Source: Fibrobacterales bacterium
GTDB lineage: Bacteria; Fibrobacterota; Fibrobacteria; Fibrobacterales; JAOPTW01
Length of the DNA: 64,000 nucleotides
Assembly: GCA_051532055.1 (NCBI GenBank)
Contig: JAOPTX010000032.1
Span: 1-64,000, forward strand
Direction: 5' to 3'
The translations under genes and the position numbers were made by a program. This document shows, piece by piece, positions 41,649 through 51,129 of the stretch (positions are counted from its first letter, which is position 1; every line of letters starts with the position of its first letter). Under the pieces are notes generated by a model. The model was not told where the DNA came from and ran no database searches. It was given only the letters and a program-made list of their open reading frames with translations.

Positions 41649-43244
41649 TTAGAGAAGGTAAGAGAGCCCGCCAGCAATCACACCATACACTACCATGGCT
41701 ATAGATGTTCTTTTTAGGATATACCCTTCACTATTTTGAAGTGCAAGTATTGAACATACTGCAACAATATTATTGATACAAACCATATTACCCATTGCAC
41801 CACCAGCTGATTGAAGCGCAAGTATTGTTGTACGATTGAGTCCAAGGTTACCCGAAATCGAATCTTGAATTCCTGCAAAGGTTAAGTTTGACACTGTATT
41901 TGAGCCTGAGAAAAATGACCCAAGCGCACCAAGATAGGCTGCAAAAAATTGCCAACTTTTACCGGTAACATCAGTAAAGAAATTCCCCATAAGTGCAACT
42001 GGCGAATTGTCACCGCCAGACATCATAAACTTCACAAAGATAAGCGCTGCAAAAAGAGCAAGAGCCGGATTTTTAAGTCGGGCAGTCGTTTCACCAAATA
42101 CCGCCTTCACATCGCTCTTACTACTTTTAAAAACCCAAAAGGTAATAAGTGAAATAAGCATAAAAGGCACGAGTGACGGCACATAGAGTAATTTATGACT
42201 CCAACTGTATTCGGTATAAAGGATGTCTTTAAGACCTACAACAAGAGCTGGACTTATGGTAAAGGTACCAAGACCACCGAGTGACAATGATGCATGAGGC
42301 TCCGTTAATGTGAGGAGACCTTTAAGGCCAAGACTTGAAATCCGGGTAACGATTAGTATTAGTAGCGTCCCCCAAAGCGGAAATGAGGCCTTAACTAATG
42401 CGCCCATTTTAACCGGTTCAGCTTTTTCAATACTCTGAGATGCGTGCGTATCACCAGAGTCTTTTAGTCCAATCCTCATTTTTGCAAAAATACCTGAGAA
42501 GATCAGCCCTGAAAAGCCACCAACTATAGAAGGAAACTCGTAGTTATATTTTGCAACAGCAACATACGGCACTACTGTAGCAAGAATACTGAGAAGTACG
42601 AATAACCAGTTAGCCTTAACTTCTTTTTTGGTTGCAACAAAAAGTAGCGCAATCCAAGGGATAACCAGCGCTGCAGATGCATTGATAATAGCCGACTTAA
42701 TACCAATTTCAGAAAGCTCTGCACTACTTAAAGTGAGTGCAGAAAAACCAAACCATGTTGGCGTACCGACTGCGCCAAATGAGACGGGCACTGAATTCAT
42801 AATTAAGGCAAGAATTGCAACGCGCATAGCAGGAAATCCAAGCCCAACAAGAAGCGGGGCAGCAATTGCTGCAGGTGTACCAAAGCCACTGGCACCTTCG
42901 ATTAAAAAGGGGAATGCCCATCCAACAATCATTAACTGTGCAATTCTATTATCAGTAATACCATTGAGCCATGCACGAATCGTATCCATTGCACCGGTCT
43001 GTTCCATAGTTTTAAAAAGAAGTATAGCACCCCAAATAATAAGAATAGGGGTCCATGAAGTTAAGAAGCCTTGAACCATTAGAGCCACAAGATCAATGAG
43101 ATTTCGATCAAACACAAAGACCATTACGAGAAACAGTGATACCGCCGCAATAGGTAATGCCTTATGCGACGGAACTGCATTCTTTTTTACCATCAACCAA
43201 ATAAGGAGGAGGAGGGGGATAAAAGACATTATAGTTTGAAGCAT
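41649..43244 (-). CDS. lctP: Lactate permease (LctP/LldP family)
   Basis: FLIEGASGFGTP, PVSFGAVGTP, FFSGSNTVSN, QSAGGAMGNM. Confidence 0.92.
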   Translation of the reverse strand: MLQTIMSFIPLLLLIWLMVKKNAVPSHKALPIAAVSLFLVMVFVFDRNLIDLVALMVQGFLTSWTPILIIWGAILLFKTMEQTGAMDTIRAWLNGITDNRIAQLMIVGWAFPFLIEGASGFGTPAAIAAPLLVGLGFPAMRVAILALIMNSVPVSFGAVGTPTWFGFSALTLSSAELSEIGIKSAIINASAALVIPWIALLFVATKKEVKANWLFVLLSILATVVPYVAVAKYNYEFPSIVGGFSGLIFSGIFAKMRIGLKDSGDTHASQSIEKAEPVKMGALVKASFPLWGTLLILIVTRISSLGLKGLLTLTEPHASLSLGGLGTFTISPALVVGLKDILYTEYSWSHKLLYVPSLVPFMLISLITFWVFKSSKSDVKAVFGETTARLKNPALALFAALIFVKFMMSGGDNSPVALMGNFFTDVTGKSWQFFAAYLGALGSFFSGSNTVSNLTFAGIQDSISGNLGLNRTTILALQSAGGAMGNMVCINNIVAVCSILALQNSEGYILKRTSIAMVVYGVIAGGLSYLL

Positions 43245-44281
43245 CGTTTCTCCTTCTTTTCTTTATTTTTACAATCGTGTTCGCAACGGTAACAGATTTC
43301 ATTTTCCAACACCTCATTATTAAGATACTGGGTTATATTATGCAGTGTGGTCTCTGCAATTGCATGGAGTGCCTCTTTGGTGAAAAAAGCTTGGTGTGAC
43401 GTTATGAGTACATTAGGGAAACTCATGAGTCGTGCCAACACATCATCTTGAATGAGGTCAATTGAGTGGTCTTCGAAAAAATAATCGCCTTCCTCTTCAT
43501 ACACATCAAGACCAGCCGCGCCAATATTACCATGCTTTAAACCGTCAATAAGATCTTTTGTATTGATAAGACCACCACGGCCCGTATTTACAATAACCAC
43601 TCCCGGTTTCATCATACCAATAGAGAAGCGATTTATCATATGATAGGTATCTTTTGTAAGAGGACAGGTAAGGTTAATCACATCACTCTGTCTATAGAGG
43701 TCATCAAGTGATACATATTCTATACCTCTCTCTTGTGCATACTCTTCATCGGGGTATAGGTCATAGGCAAGGACACGCATACCAAACCCTTTTAAAATAT
43801 CGATCAGACAACGACCAATACGGCCTGTCCCAATAACACCCACTGACTTGCCATACATATCAAAGCCGAGAAGGCCATTAAGTGCAAAGTTACCTTCACG
43901 AGTACGCGTATACGCACGATAAATTTTTCTATTGAGTCCCATAAGAAGCGCAATGGTATGTTCTGCGACTGCATGAGGGCTATATGCAGGAACCCGTGCA
44001 ACATGCATTTTACCATAGGCCGCTTGCATATCGACATTGTTATACCCTGCACAACGCATCACAACAAGACGTGTTCCGTTGGCATACAGCTTTTCTATCA
44101 CCTCTTTACTTAAGGTGTCATTCACAAAAGCACACACAATTTCATGACCGTGCGCTAATTCTGCCGTCACTTCATTTAGCCGTGGTTCCATATAAGTGAT
44201 ATCAAGATCATGTGATCTATTGACATCTTTAAATGAAGTTTGGTCGTAGGGCTTCGCATCAAAAAGAGCAATTTTAGCCAT
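43229..44281 (-). CDS. ldhA: D-lactate dehydrogenase (D-2-hydroxyacid dehydrogenase)
   Basis: RCAGYNNVD, RVPAYSPHAVAE, GTGRIG, NTGRG, LDVYEEE, SHQAF. Confidence 0.92.
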   Translation of the reverse strand: MAKIALFDAKPYDQTSFKDVNRSHDLDITYMEPRLNEVTAELAHGHEIVCAFVNDTLSKEVIEKLYANGTRLVVMRCAGYNNVDMQAAYGKMHVARVPAYSPHAVAEHTIALLMGLNRKIYRAYTRTREGNFALNGLLGFDMYGKSVGVIGTGRIGRCLIDILKGFGMRVLAYDLYPDEEYAQERGIEYVSLDDLYRQSDVINLTCPLTKDTYHMINRFSIGMMKPGVVIVNTGRGGLINTKDLIDGLKHGNIGAAGLDVYEEEGDYFFEDHSIDLIQDDVLARLMSFPNVLITSHQAFFTKEALHAIAETTLHNITQYLNNEVLENEICYRCEHDCKNKEKKEKRCFKL

Positions 44282-44517
44282 TATAGTTCCCTCAGTATCT
44301 CAATTTGGCCTAAAGATACCTTATCCACATTAATAGTCATTGATACTGATCAACAAAAGTTTGTATTCATTACAAGATTTCAAAGCTGTATTTATCTGTT
44401 AGAGTCTATGACTGTAACTACTGCAACACCAAAGATTTATACAAAGTCTTATTGCCAGTTTTTGAGTCTATTTTTAACATTTTCACTGTTACAAAATAAC
44501 AAGTTTTAATTGAGTAC

Positions 44518-44544
44518 AAAAAAAGGGAGCTTCGTAAAGCTCCC
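44518..44544 (-). terminator. Intrinsic terminator
   Basis: GGGAGCTT-CGTA-AAGCTCCC with U-tract on the minus strand. Confidence 0.8.
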
Positions 44545-44567
44545 CCATATTTCATTGAATTAGTCGA

Positions 44568-44780
44568 TTAAATAACCTCTACATCCACTTTTTTGATCCA
44601 AAACTGCTTTCGTCCGGTATCAATCTTTACTGCTGTAGGCTTAAGAGCCACGACCTTTGCAGCACCGGTATCATAGGGGCCCTCAAACATAACTCGATCA
44701 CCGATTTTAATATCTTGTTTTTTTCGGTTTTCTTCTTCATTTAAATCAATATCATTATCAAATTCATTTTCATCGCTCAT
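44568..44780 (-). CDS. Small acidic protein with a KOW/SH3-like fold
   Basis: SD AAGGGG before ATG 44780; IKIGDRV...G..KVV. Confidence 0.6.
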   Translation of the reverse strand: MSDENEFDNDIDLNEEENRKKQDIKIGDRVMFEGPYDTGAAKVVALKPTAVKIDTGRKQFWIKKVDVEVI

Positions 44781-44902
44781 TGTGCACCCCTTAAAAAAAC
44801 ACCTCTCTCCAGGCAAATGTAATAAAGAGTAGTAGAGAATTCCATTGTATGTAAGGTAAACTTTGGGTAACCAAACCATAGATTGAATGCATTAATCAGA
44901 CG

Positions 44903-45988
44903 TTACTGGGCAAATCTCAATGATACTGTTTCATGCCCCACTGAATCCCTCATTACATCTAAAACCTCAACCAAATACAGCCCCTTATCAGTTTGAGTAA
45001 CAAACTGCTGACCAACTGATTCTATTGTAATGTGATTCTTAGCTGGGACATGCTGAGCGTCACTCACTTTTTCAAAAAAGTTATTAAGTATCATAAAACG
45101 GCTTATATCACCTTTTTGTGTAATAGCCCTATCAACACCTAAAACATCGTAAAACTCTGTCTTCGAATAATTAAGTGAATCTTGAAGATATACATTTTCA
45201 ACTGACGCACTCAAATTCGTGCCCTCTTTCCCAGCATACTGCTTTAAAAAGTCTAGGGATGAAATCATAATGGTTGAATCGAAAGAAGTGATCATCATAT
45301 CAAGCTCACCTGATTTACTCTCAACCACTTGCCAATAAGGGTAGTTCGCATTGCTGTCAATATCAAACAGCGATTCAAATGCACCAGAGGCAAATGTAAC
45401 ATCAAAGTATTCTACTGCTTTTTGGTCTGTTGTGTCACAGTGGGTTTCTCCATCTATGTAAATTTGTTTAATAATTGATGCCCCATATGTTTCAACTCCA
45501 TATTTAATTGAATGGACTCTTGTATAAACACTTATTTTATAAATACCCGCACACAATTCCTTAGGCCTCAGTGTTACCGTTTGGGACAATACAGTTGAGT
45601 AACCTTCAACTATTGTATCTATAAAAAATAGAGAATCTATTTTTCCATATTCATCAAAATCATCATATTCGTACGTATAACCACTTGTACTTATCGGTAA
45701 TCTCTTATATGATGAATTCACACTCACTGCATGCTCATAATTGTTTTTGTGACCTTTATAAATGTCTGTTCTTGCCTCAACCACAATACTATCACCTGGA
45801 AACAAAACTGTTATTAGGGTATCTTCTTCATACTCTTTGTAATCTGTAGATTCGTCCCAACGAGTGGAATCAAATTTCATTGTTAAATAGTTACTCCAAT
45901 CCCTGTCAGGGCCATCAATCTCAGCATCAGCATTCTGAAGCTGACAACCTACCGCACACGCTGTAAGTAATAATATAATCCATTTCAT
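44903..45988 (-). CDS. Hypothetical lipoprotein, last gene of the ECF-caspase operon
   Basis: MKWIILLLTACAVGC lipobox; SD AGGAG; 10 nt after the caspase stop. Confidence 0.8.
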   Translation of the reverse strand: MKWIILLLTACAVGCQLQNADAEIDGPDRDWSNYLTMKFDSTRWDESTDYKEYEEDTLITVLFPGDSIVVEARTDIYKGHKNNYEHAVSVNSSYKRLPISTSGYTYEYDDFDEYGKIDSLFFIDTIVEGYSTVLSQTVTLRPKELCAGIYKISVYTRVHSIKYGVETYGASIIKQIYIDGETHCDTTDQKAVEYFDVTFASGAFESLFDIDSNANYPYWQVVESKSGELDMMITSFDSTIMISSLDFLKQYAGKEGTNLSASVENVYLQDSLNYSKTEFYDVLGVDRAITQKGDISRFMILNNFFEKVSDAQHVPAKNHITIESVGQQFVTQTDKGLYLVEVLDVMRDSVGHETVSLRFAQ

Positions 45989-45998
45989 ATTTAACTCC

Positions 45999-47636
45999 TT
46001 AAAAGATATTAACGGTCAAACCAACCTGAGCACCCGGCCACATATACAACCCATCTGCAACATTATAAAACCTACCGTACGAACCACCCCATGGACGAGC
46101 TAAATATATGTGATCAAAATTTGCCAACAGATTTGCCGAAGCACCAAACCAAAAACTCACCCAATTCGTCACATCCACATCAACAATTCCAGACACGCGA
46201 GCAAGAAACTCATCATGGAATTCATTGTCCCATGGTTCCGCATACCAACTAGTAGACTCACCAGCCCCATCAAACCCCATATGGCCATTTGGCTCATAAT
46301 TACAATACAACCAATACCCCTGAAGCAACCCCTTTATTGAATACCAGCCTCTATCACTGCTATACCCCAATCCAACACCACCACTATAGTTCCCCCCAGC
46401 CTTATTATAGGGGTCATAGCCAAAACTTACCATACCAAACCATGGCCCTCTCTCCATACTCACATCTATATACCAAGTACCTAACTCCGAAAATGAACTC
46501 CCGACATTCAAACGATTCTTAATAGAATCACTTTTTGTCTGCAATAATTCTGCACTCACGCTGGTGCTATCAATAATATTTTCAGTAGATACGCCTCCCC
46601 CGCGCAACCGAGTATCTTCAACGGCACTCTCAGTAAAATCTTCCTCACTCAAAATCACTCGCACCACACCCTTTAGATCTGCCGTCGCCTTTTTCCATCT
46701 CGTATCATTCTCAAGGACAACAGTATACACTTCATTAGAAAGCCCCAACTCCACTATTCTTCCTGGAGCCTTATACATCTCGGTAACTAGCGTACCATCT
46801 TTTGACTTTACAAAGATTCTCCCTGCAACATTTTTACCAAAGACAATACCCTTATCATTATTTCTCAGATCAGACATTACAACGTCTCCAGATCCAGATA
46901 GTTTCATATCATAACTCGGGTGTTGCGCCCCACCAGATGTATTTTGTGTTCTATTCAACGTTTCGTTAAAGGCAAACTGATAGGCCTCCCCTAAGGTAAT
47001 TCTCCCATCACGACTCACATCAGCCGCCCCTCGCATACCCGACACAAGATAGTGAGTAAAGAATGAACCACCAATGGCCTCAGATTCTTGAGATGCCTCT
47101 GTATTAGAACTTGAAGTAATAAATGCATAGCCCGAAAGGTCATTTGAGGCATCAACCAAAAAGGCCTGTTTGCGATACCCACCCTTCATTTGTGTTATCG
47201 CCCCCGATGCGCACGCATCAAGAATCGTCACTTTCAGTTGCGCCGGAAGCTTATCAATATCTTTTCTGAGTACTCGATAATCGTAATTATCATTTCCAAA
47301 AAAAAGACCATTCTCATTTGCATGACCTGAAAAATAAAGGACAATCTCCCGCCGATTCTTTGTGGGCAGGCCATCCAAGCGAGCAGACAGATCGGTGAGT
47401 GCACTATTGAATTTTTCGGCACTGGGCTCAAGGAGCATTGTTTGGTTCTCTTTGGGGACACCCCCAATTTCTGTGAGTACCCGGCCAACATTTTGTGCAT
47501 CAGTGTGAGCATATTTTAAGAGGTCTCGTTTTGCACCGCCGTAGTTTACGCCAACTATGATTGCGTATCGCTCAATCTCTTGTAACGCGAAGAGGGATGA
47601 ACAAAGTATTAATATAAGACTTACACCTATTTTCAT
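45999..47636 (-). CDS. Exported caspase-family (peptidase C14) protease with C-terminal beta-barrel-like region
   Basis: Signal peptide; AIIVGVN, LKYAHTDA, catalytic YFSGHA and ILDACASG, SQES..IGGSFFT; terminal GLTVNIF. Confidence 0.9.
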   Translation of the reverse strand: MKIGVSLILILCSSLFALQEIERYAIIVGVNYGGAKRDLLKYAHTDAQNVGRVLTEIGGVPKENQTMLLEPSAEKFNSALTDLSARLDGLPTKNRREIVLYFSGHANENGLFFGNDNYDYRVLRKDIDKLPAQLKVTILDACASGAITQMKGGYRKQAFLVDASNDLSGYAFITSSSNTEASQESEAIGGSFFTHYLVSGMRGAADVSRDGRITLGEAYQFAFNETLNRTQNTSGGAQHPSYDMKLSGSGDVVMSDLRNNDKGIVFGKNVAGRIFVKSKDGTLVTEMYKAPGRIVELGLSNEVYTVVLENDTRWKKATADLKGVVRVILSEEDFTESAVEDTRLRGGGVSTENIIDSTSVSAELLQTKSDSIKNRLNVGSSFSELGTWYIDVSMERGPWFGMVSFGYDPYNKAGGNYSGGVGLGYSSDRGWYSIKGLLQGYWLYCNYEPNGHMGFDGAGESTSWYAEPWDNEFHDEFLARVSGIVDVDVTNWVSFWFGASANLLANFDHIYLARPWGGSYGRFYNVADGLYMWPGAQVGLTVNIF

Positions 47637-47694
47637 ACTGTTCCCTTAGTAATAAAATCGTAATTAAGTTTTTTCTCTATTTTTTTGTGAGCGG

Positions 47695-48477
47695 TCATAA
47701 ATTACTTTTCACCTCACCCTTTACCAACACAATTTTCTCAACTTGAAATATCTCATCTTGAGTGATAGTGTTCAAAATGTTATTTTGATTTACATCCAAA
47801 TACGTGTCAACATCAAAGCTATCTGAACTCAAAACCATATAAAAGATCTCATGAGACGGCGCATCATCAAGTTGGTATGAAAAGGGAAGAAGTCGCTTGA
47901 GAGAACCCAGCTTCACCGAACTTCCATCTTCTTTTGCCAGATGATGAGTCACCACACCATTACCATCAACTGAAAATATCACGCCATGACACTTTTCCGT
48001 TACCACATACTCAAGCTGAAACTCGTCACCCGCACTCACAAGCATACTATCTCTCATAAGACTCGAACCCAACCGTGTCTTTTTGTACACATTAAGCTGA
48101 GCATCTAATCCTTTAATGCGCACAACCTCTGCTGTAGTACTCGTCATTCGACCCTCAAAAGGACTCATTGATTTATAAGTAACCGTCACCCCAAAGGCCA
48201 TAATAAGGGTTACCAATATCCCCTTAGCAAAAGTCACAAATGCAACACCCTTTCTTTTTTTATGGATACTCTTACGGTGAGCACGCTCTTGCCGAATCAC
48301 CCCCTCCATAGCCACATAGGGAAACCGCTCTCTCAGATCATGGTTATTCTGCTCCAACAATACCACACGACGCTGTAATTCTGCATCATTAGAAATTTTG
48401 CTCTTTAACTCCACAGACTCTGACTTCGAGAGATCTCCCAATAAATATTGTTCTAAAGTAAAATCATCATACTTCAT
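47695..48477 (-). CDS. Membrane-spanning anti-sigma factor with periplasmic DUF4384-like domain
   Basis: LEQYLLGDL N-terminal anti-sigma helix, single TM, RIKG, GD..QL.Y..SVDG.G.VT, LP.SY.LDDAP; overlaps the ECF stop. Confidence 0.8.
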   Translation of the reverse strand: MKYDDFTLEQYLLGDLSKSESVELKSKISNDAELQRRVVLLEQNNHDLRERFPYVAMEGVIRQERAHRKSIHKKRKGVAFVTFAKGILVTLIMAFGVTVTYKSMSPFEGRMTSTTAEVVRIKGLDAQLNVYKKTRLGSSLMRDSMLVSAGDEFQLEYVVTEKCHGVIFSVDGNGVVTHHLAKEDGSSVKLGSLKRLLPFSYQLDDAPSHEIFYMVLSSDSFDVDTYLDVNQNNILNTITQDEIFQVEKIVLVKGEVKSNL

Positions 48478-48949
48478 AAGTAAATGCCTCCCTCGAAAAC
48501 TCCTGCAATTTCTTTAACCGTTTCCTTACAGCAGGAATTGACATTTTAAAAAACATTGCAACGTCTTCTACCTTCCAGCCATCCCGATAATGCATCACCG
48601 CCATTGCTGCACTTTTTTCATCATTTCGCGATAACACTTTATTCAGAAATGACCTTTCGTTCACAATGGTCAAGGTACACTGCGCATCTGCTATGAGCTC
48701 AAGAGCGGGCTCTTCACACTTTATTTTTGAATCCCTAATCATATTCAATGCTCTATTAGTCGCCATGGTATACAGAAGACTCGAAGGTTGAGTAACATCA
48801 AGAACCTCCCATTTAGTGTGCACTGTCAAGAACGTATCATGCATACAATCCGCCGCCATCTCTTCATTTTTTAACATCGAATAACAACGCCGATATACCA
48901 TCGGACTATACTGTGTATAGAGCTTTTCGAATGTTGTTTTGTTTTTCAT
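48467..48949 (-). CDS. ECF RNA polymerase sigma factor
   Basis: FEKLY..Y...VYRRC..ML, AADCMHDTF, ATNRALN (region 2); region 4 HTH VA...S..AVRKRL. Confidence 0.92.
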   Translation of the reverse strand: MKNKTTFEKLYTQYSPMVYRRCYSMLKNEEMAADCMHDTFLTVHTKWEVLDVTQPSSLLYTMATNRALNMIRDSKIKCEEPALELIADAQCTLTIVNERSFLNKVLSRNDEKSAAMAVMHYRDGWKVEDVAMFFKMSIPAVRKRLKKLQEFSREAFTYEV

Positions 48950-48958
48950 CTATATCTT

Positions 48959-48986
48959 AAACACATGAATATGTAGAAAAGAAACC
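48959..48986 (-). promoter_or_regulatory. Putative autoregulatory ECF promoter (near-leaderless transcript)
   Basis: GGTTTC-N16-GTGTTT ending 9 nt before the ATG; no SD. Confidence 0.4.
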
Positions 48987-49337
48987 ACTTCTCTATTTTT
49001 TTTGCGAAATGTAGTAAATCACCCTATTTCAGTTATTAAACCTATCATAAACGCCGCATTAATAGACCCACCCTAATAAAAAAGGAACATTATCCCATTT
49101 ATACTTAAACATCAAAACCCCAATAAAACACTACGAACACACCTTAAACACCTTTTTAAACATTTATAGGCCAAATTGTCTCCCTTTTCTATAAACACCC
49201 ATTATCAATAAACCAATAATGTTCTAAAGTTCTTTAAACAATAAATGACTTGAATCTGAATGGCCTGTCTTTGAAACATTTGACGCTTACACACCCTCAT
49301 TCAAGCCAGCATAAATGAACAACAAAAGGAACCAATC

Positions 49338-50855
49338 ATGAAAAAAGTATTACCACTTATAGCAACCGCATCATATGCAGCATTTATGATGTCATGTCAA
49401 ATCATAACACCTACCCCTACAGAAGATCTTTTAAGTAGCTCTGCTATAGCGACTGGGGACAGCACTATCGTTTCATCAGAAACAACACTATCGTCAGCGA
49501 CTGCACTCTCGTCTTCTCCATTTGACACCATTATCATCTCTTTCTCATCTGCCGAACTTTCATCGTCAAGCGAAACTGTAACACCAGAATCAAGCAGCAA
49601 TGTAGTCGTTGTACCTGACTCAACGTTCCTCAGCTCTTCAAGTACAGAACTCTCATCTTCTGAAGTCATCGCACCAAGCTCAACCATAAGTTCATCGATT
49701 GCACTTTCTTCTGCCGAAAGTTCTTCAGCGATTGAGTCTTCATCATCTGTGGTTGTTGTAAGCTCATCTTCCCTAGAAAGCTCTTCTTCTATAGAAAGTT
49801 CATCTTCTGTCAATCCACTTCCTCCCTTTATCAATGCAAACCTTGTTAATGCAATAGACACTGCGACCCCATTTACTAATGGCGCCTCTACTAACTCACT
49901 TTACAGTAGTCAATACGCGGCATGGAAAGCATTCGACAAAGCATCACCTTCTACCCAATGGATATCAGGCCATGTGTTTCGCCCTGGAACAGGCCCTGCA
50001 AACCTCATGTACACCTTTGGTGAAGAACATAAAATTGTTGAATATCGCATCGCAAGCCGCTTTGATTCTCTCAAAGATCGCGCACCAAAAAACTGGGTTT
50101 TACAAGGGTCAAATAGCAACACGGCAACAGCTGCTGATGCAATCGATGACACACAATGGGCTACTATTGACACTCAAAACGACATCAACTCTGGCGACGA
50201 ATGGGGATCAACTGACAACTGGAAAGACACCATCGCATTTACCGTACAAACTCCAGGTATATACACCAGCTACCGCCTTTGTGTAACCGCCGTTAACGGA
50301 TCTTCTGTTGTAGATATTATAGACATGTTCCTCATGGAAGAAGCACACGCCAACATCACCATTCCAACAACTGAAACCGACACCCGCACATCATCAAACG
50401 GTACTTATGGAAGTAGCTATCCAGCATGGCATCTCTTTGACGGCGCATCTACATGGACCCAATGGATGTCAGCAAGTCTCTTTCGCCCAGGAAATGGCCC
50501 TGCCAACATAAGCTACAGCTTCGATGACGAACAAATGGTAACTCACTACACCCTTACCGGTAGATATGACAGCCTTAAAGATCGCCTCCCTAAAAACTGG
50601 ATAGTTCAAGGCACCAATAGTGCCACTGCCACTATCAATGACGCTCTTGATGCCACAACATGGACAACTGTTGACACCCGCACTGACATCACTACTGATG
50701 ACGAATGGAACTCTGAAACAAGCGTTGCCGAACTCACCCTTATGGTTACCAATCCAGGCTCATACACTACCTATAGAATTTGTATTACTGCAGTAAACGG
50801 GTCATCGATTGCTGATCTTATTGAAATCTCATTTGCAGGAATACCTGCCATCTAA
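49338..50855 (+). CDS. Lipoprotein with Ser-rich linker and two tandem discoidin (F5/8 type C)-like domains
   Basis: Lipobox MMSC; poly-Ser region; duplicated AW..FD..TQW..FRPG.GPAN..DR.PKNW..QG.N. Confidence 0.85.
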   Translation: MKKVLPLIATASYAAFMMSCQIITPTPTEDLLSSSAIATGDSTIVSSETTLSSATALSSSPFDTIIISFSSAELSSSSETVTPESSSNVVVVPDSTFLSSSSTELSSSEVIAPSSTISSSIALSSAESSSAIESSSSVVVVSSSSLESSSSIESSSSVNPLPPFINANLVNAIDTATPFTNGASTNSLYSSQYAAWKAFDKASPSTQWISGHVFRPGTGPANLMYTFGEEHKIVEYRIASRFDSLKDRAPKNWVLQGSNSNTATAADAIDDTQWATIDTQNDINSGDEWGSTDNWKDTIAFTVQTPGIYTSYRLCVTAVNGSSVVDIIDMFLMEEAHANITIPTTETDTRTSSNGTYGSSYPAWHLFDGASTWTQWMSASLFRPGNGPANISYSFDDEQMVTHYTLTGRYDSLKDRLPKNWIVQGTNSATATINDALDATTWTTVDTRTDITTDDEWNSETSVAELTLMVTNPGSYTTYRICITAVNGSSIADLIEISFAGIPAI

Positions 50856-50877
50856 ACTTTAATAAAAAGCAGTATAC

Positions 50878-50916
50878 AAAAAAGGAGCCTCTCAATTTAT
50901 TGAGAGGCTCCTTTTT
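50878..50916. terminator. Bidirectional intrinsic terminator
   Basis: AAAAAAGGAGCCTCTCAAT-TT-ATTGAGAGGCTCCTTTTT. Confidence 0.9.
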
Positions 50917-50917
50917 A

Positions 50918-51112
50918 TTACTCTGAACTTTGAACCAATGTCACTTGCTCTAATTCTTCAAAACTCATCTGTATCAATTCATCAATAGAAAAAGAATACC
51001 TCTGTGCATTGATAAAGCCATCTCTCTGCTGTGTATGCAGAGCGCTACACGCCGCAATGATCATCACCACCACAACACATATCATTACTCTATTCACACA
51101 ACACCTTTTCAT
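50918..51112 (-). CDS. 64-aa lipoprotein resembling the N-terminal motif of the upstream receptor
   Basis: SD AGGA, lipobox IAAC, SIDELIQMSFEELEQVTL. Confidence 0.7.
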   Translation of the reverse strand: MKRCCVNRVMICVVVVMIIAACSALHTQQRDGFINAQRYSFSIDELIQMSFEELEQVTLVQSSE

Positions 51113-51129
51113 TGCATTCCTACATTCAT

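Noticed and set aside
41649..44281. ldhA with a Cys-rich tail overlapping the lactate permease by 16 nt
   Set aside because: Ordinary fermentative lactate module; short overlap is consistent with translational coupling
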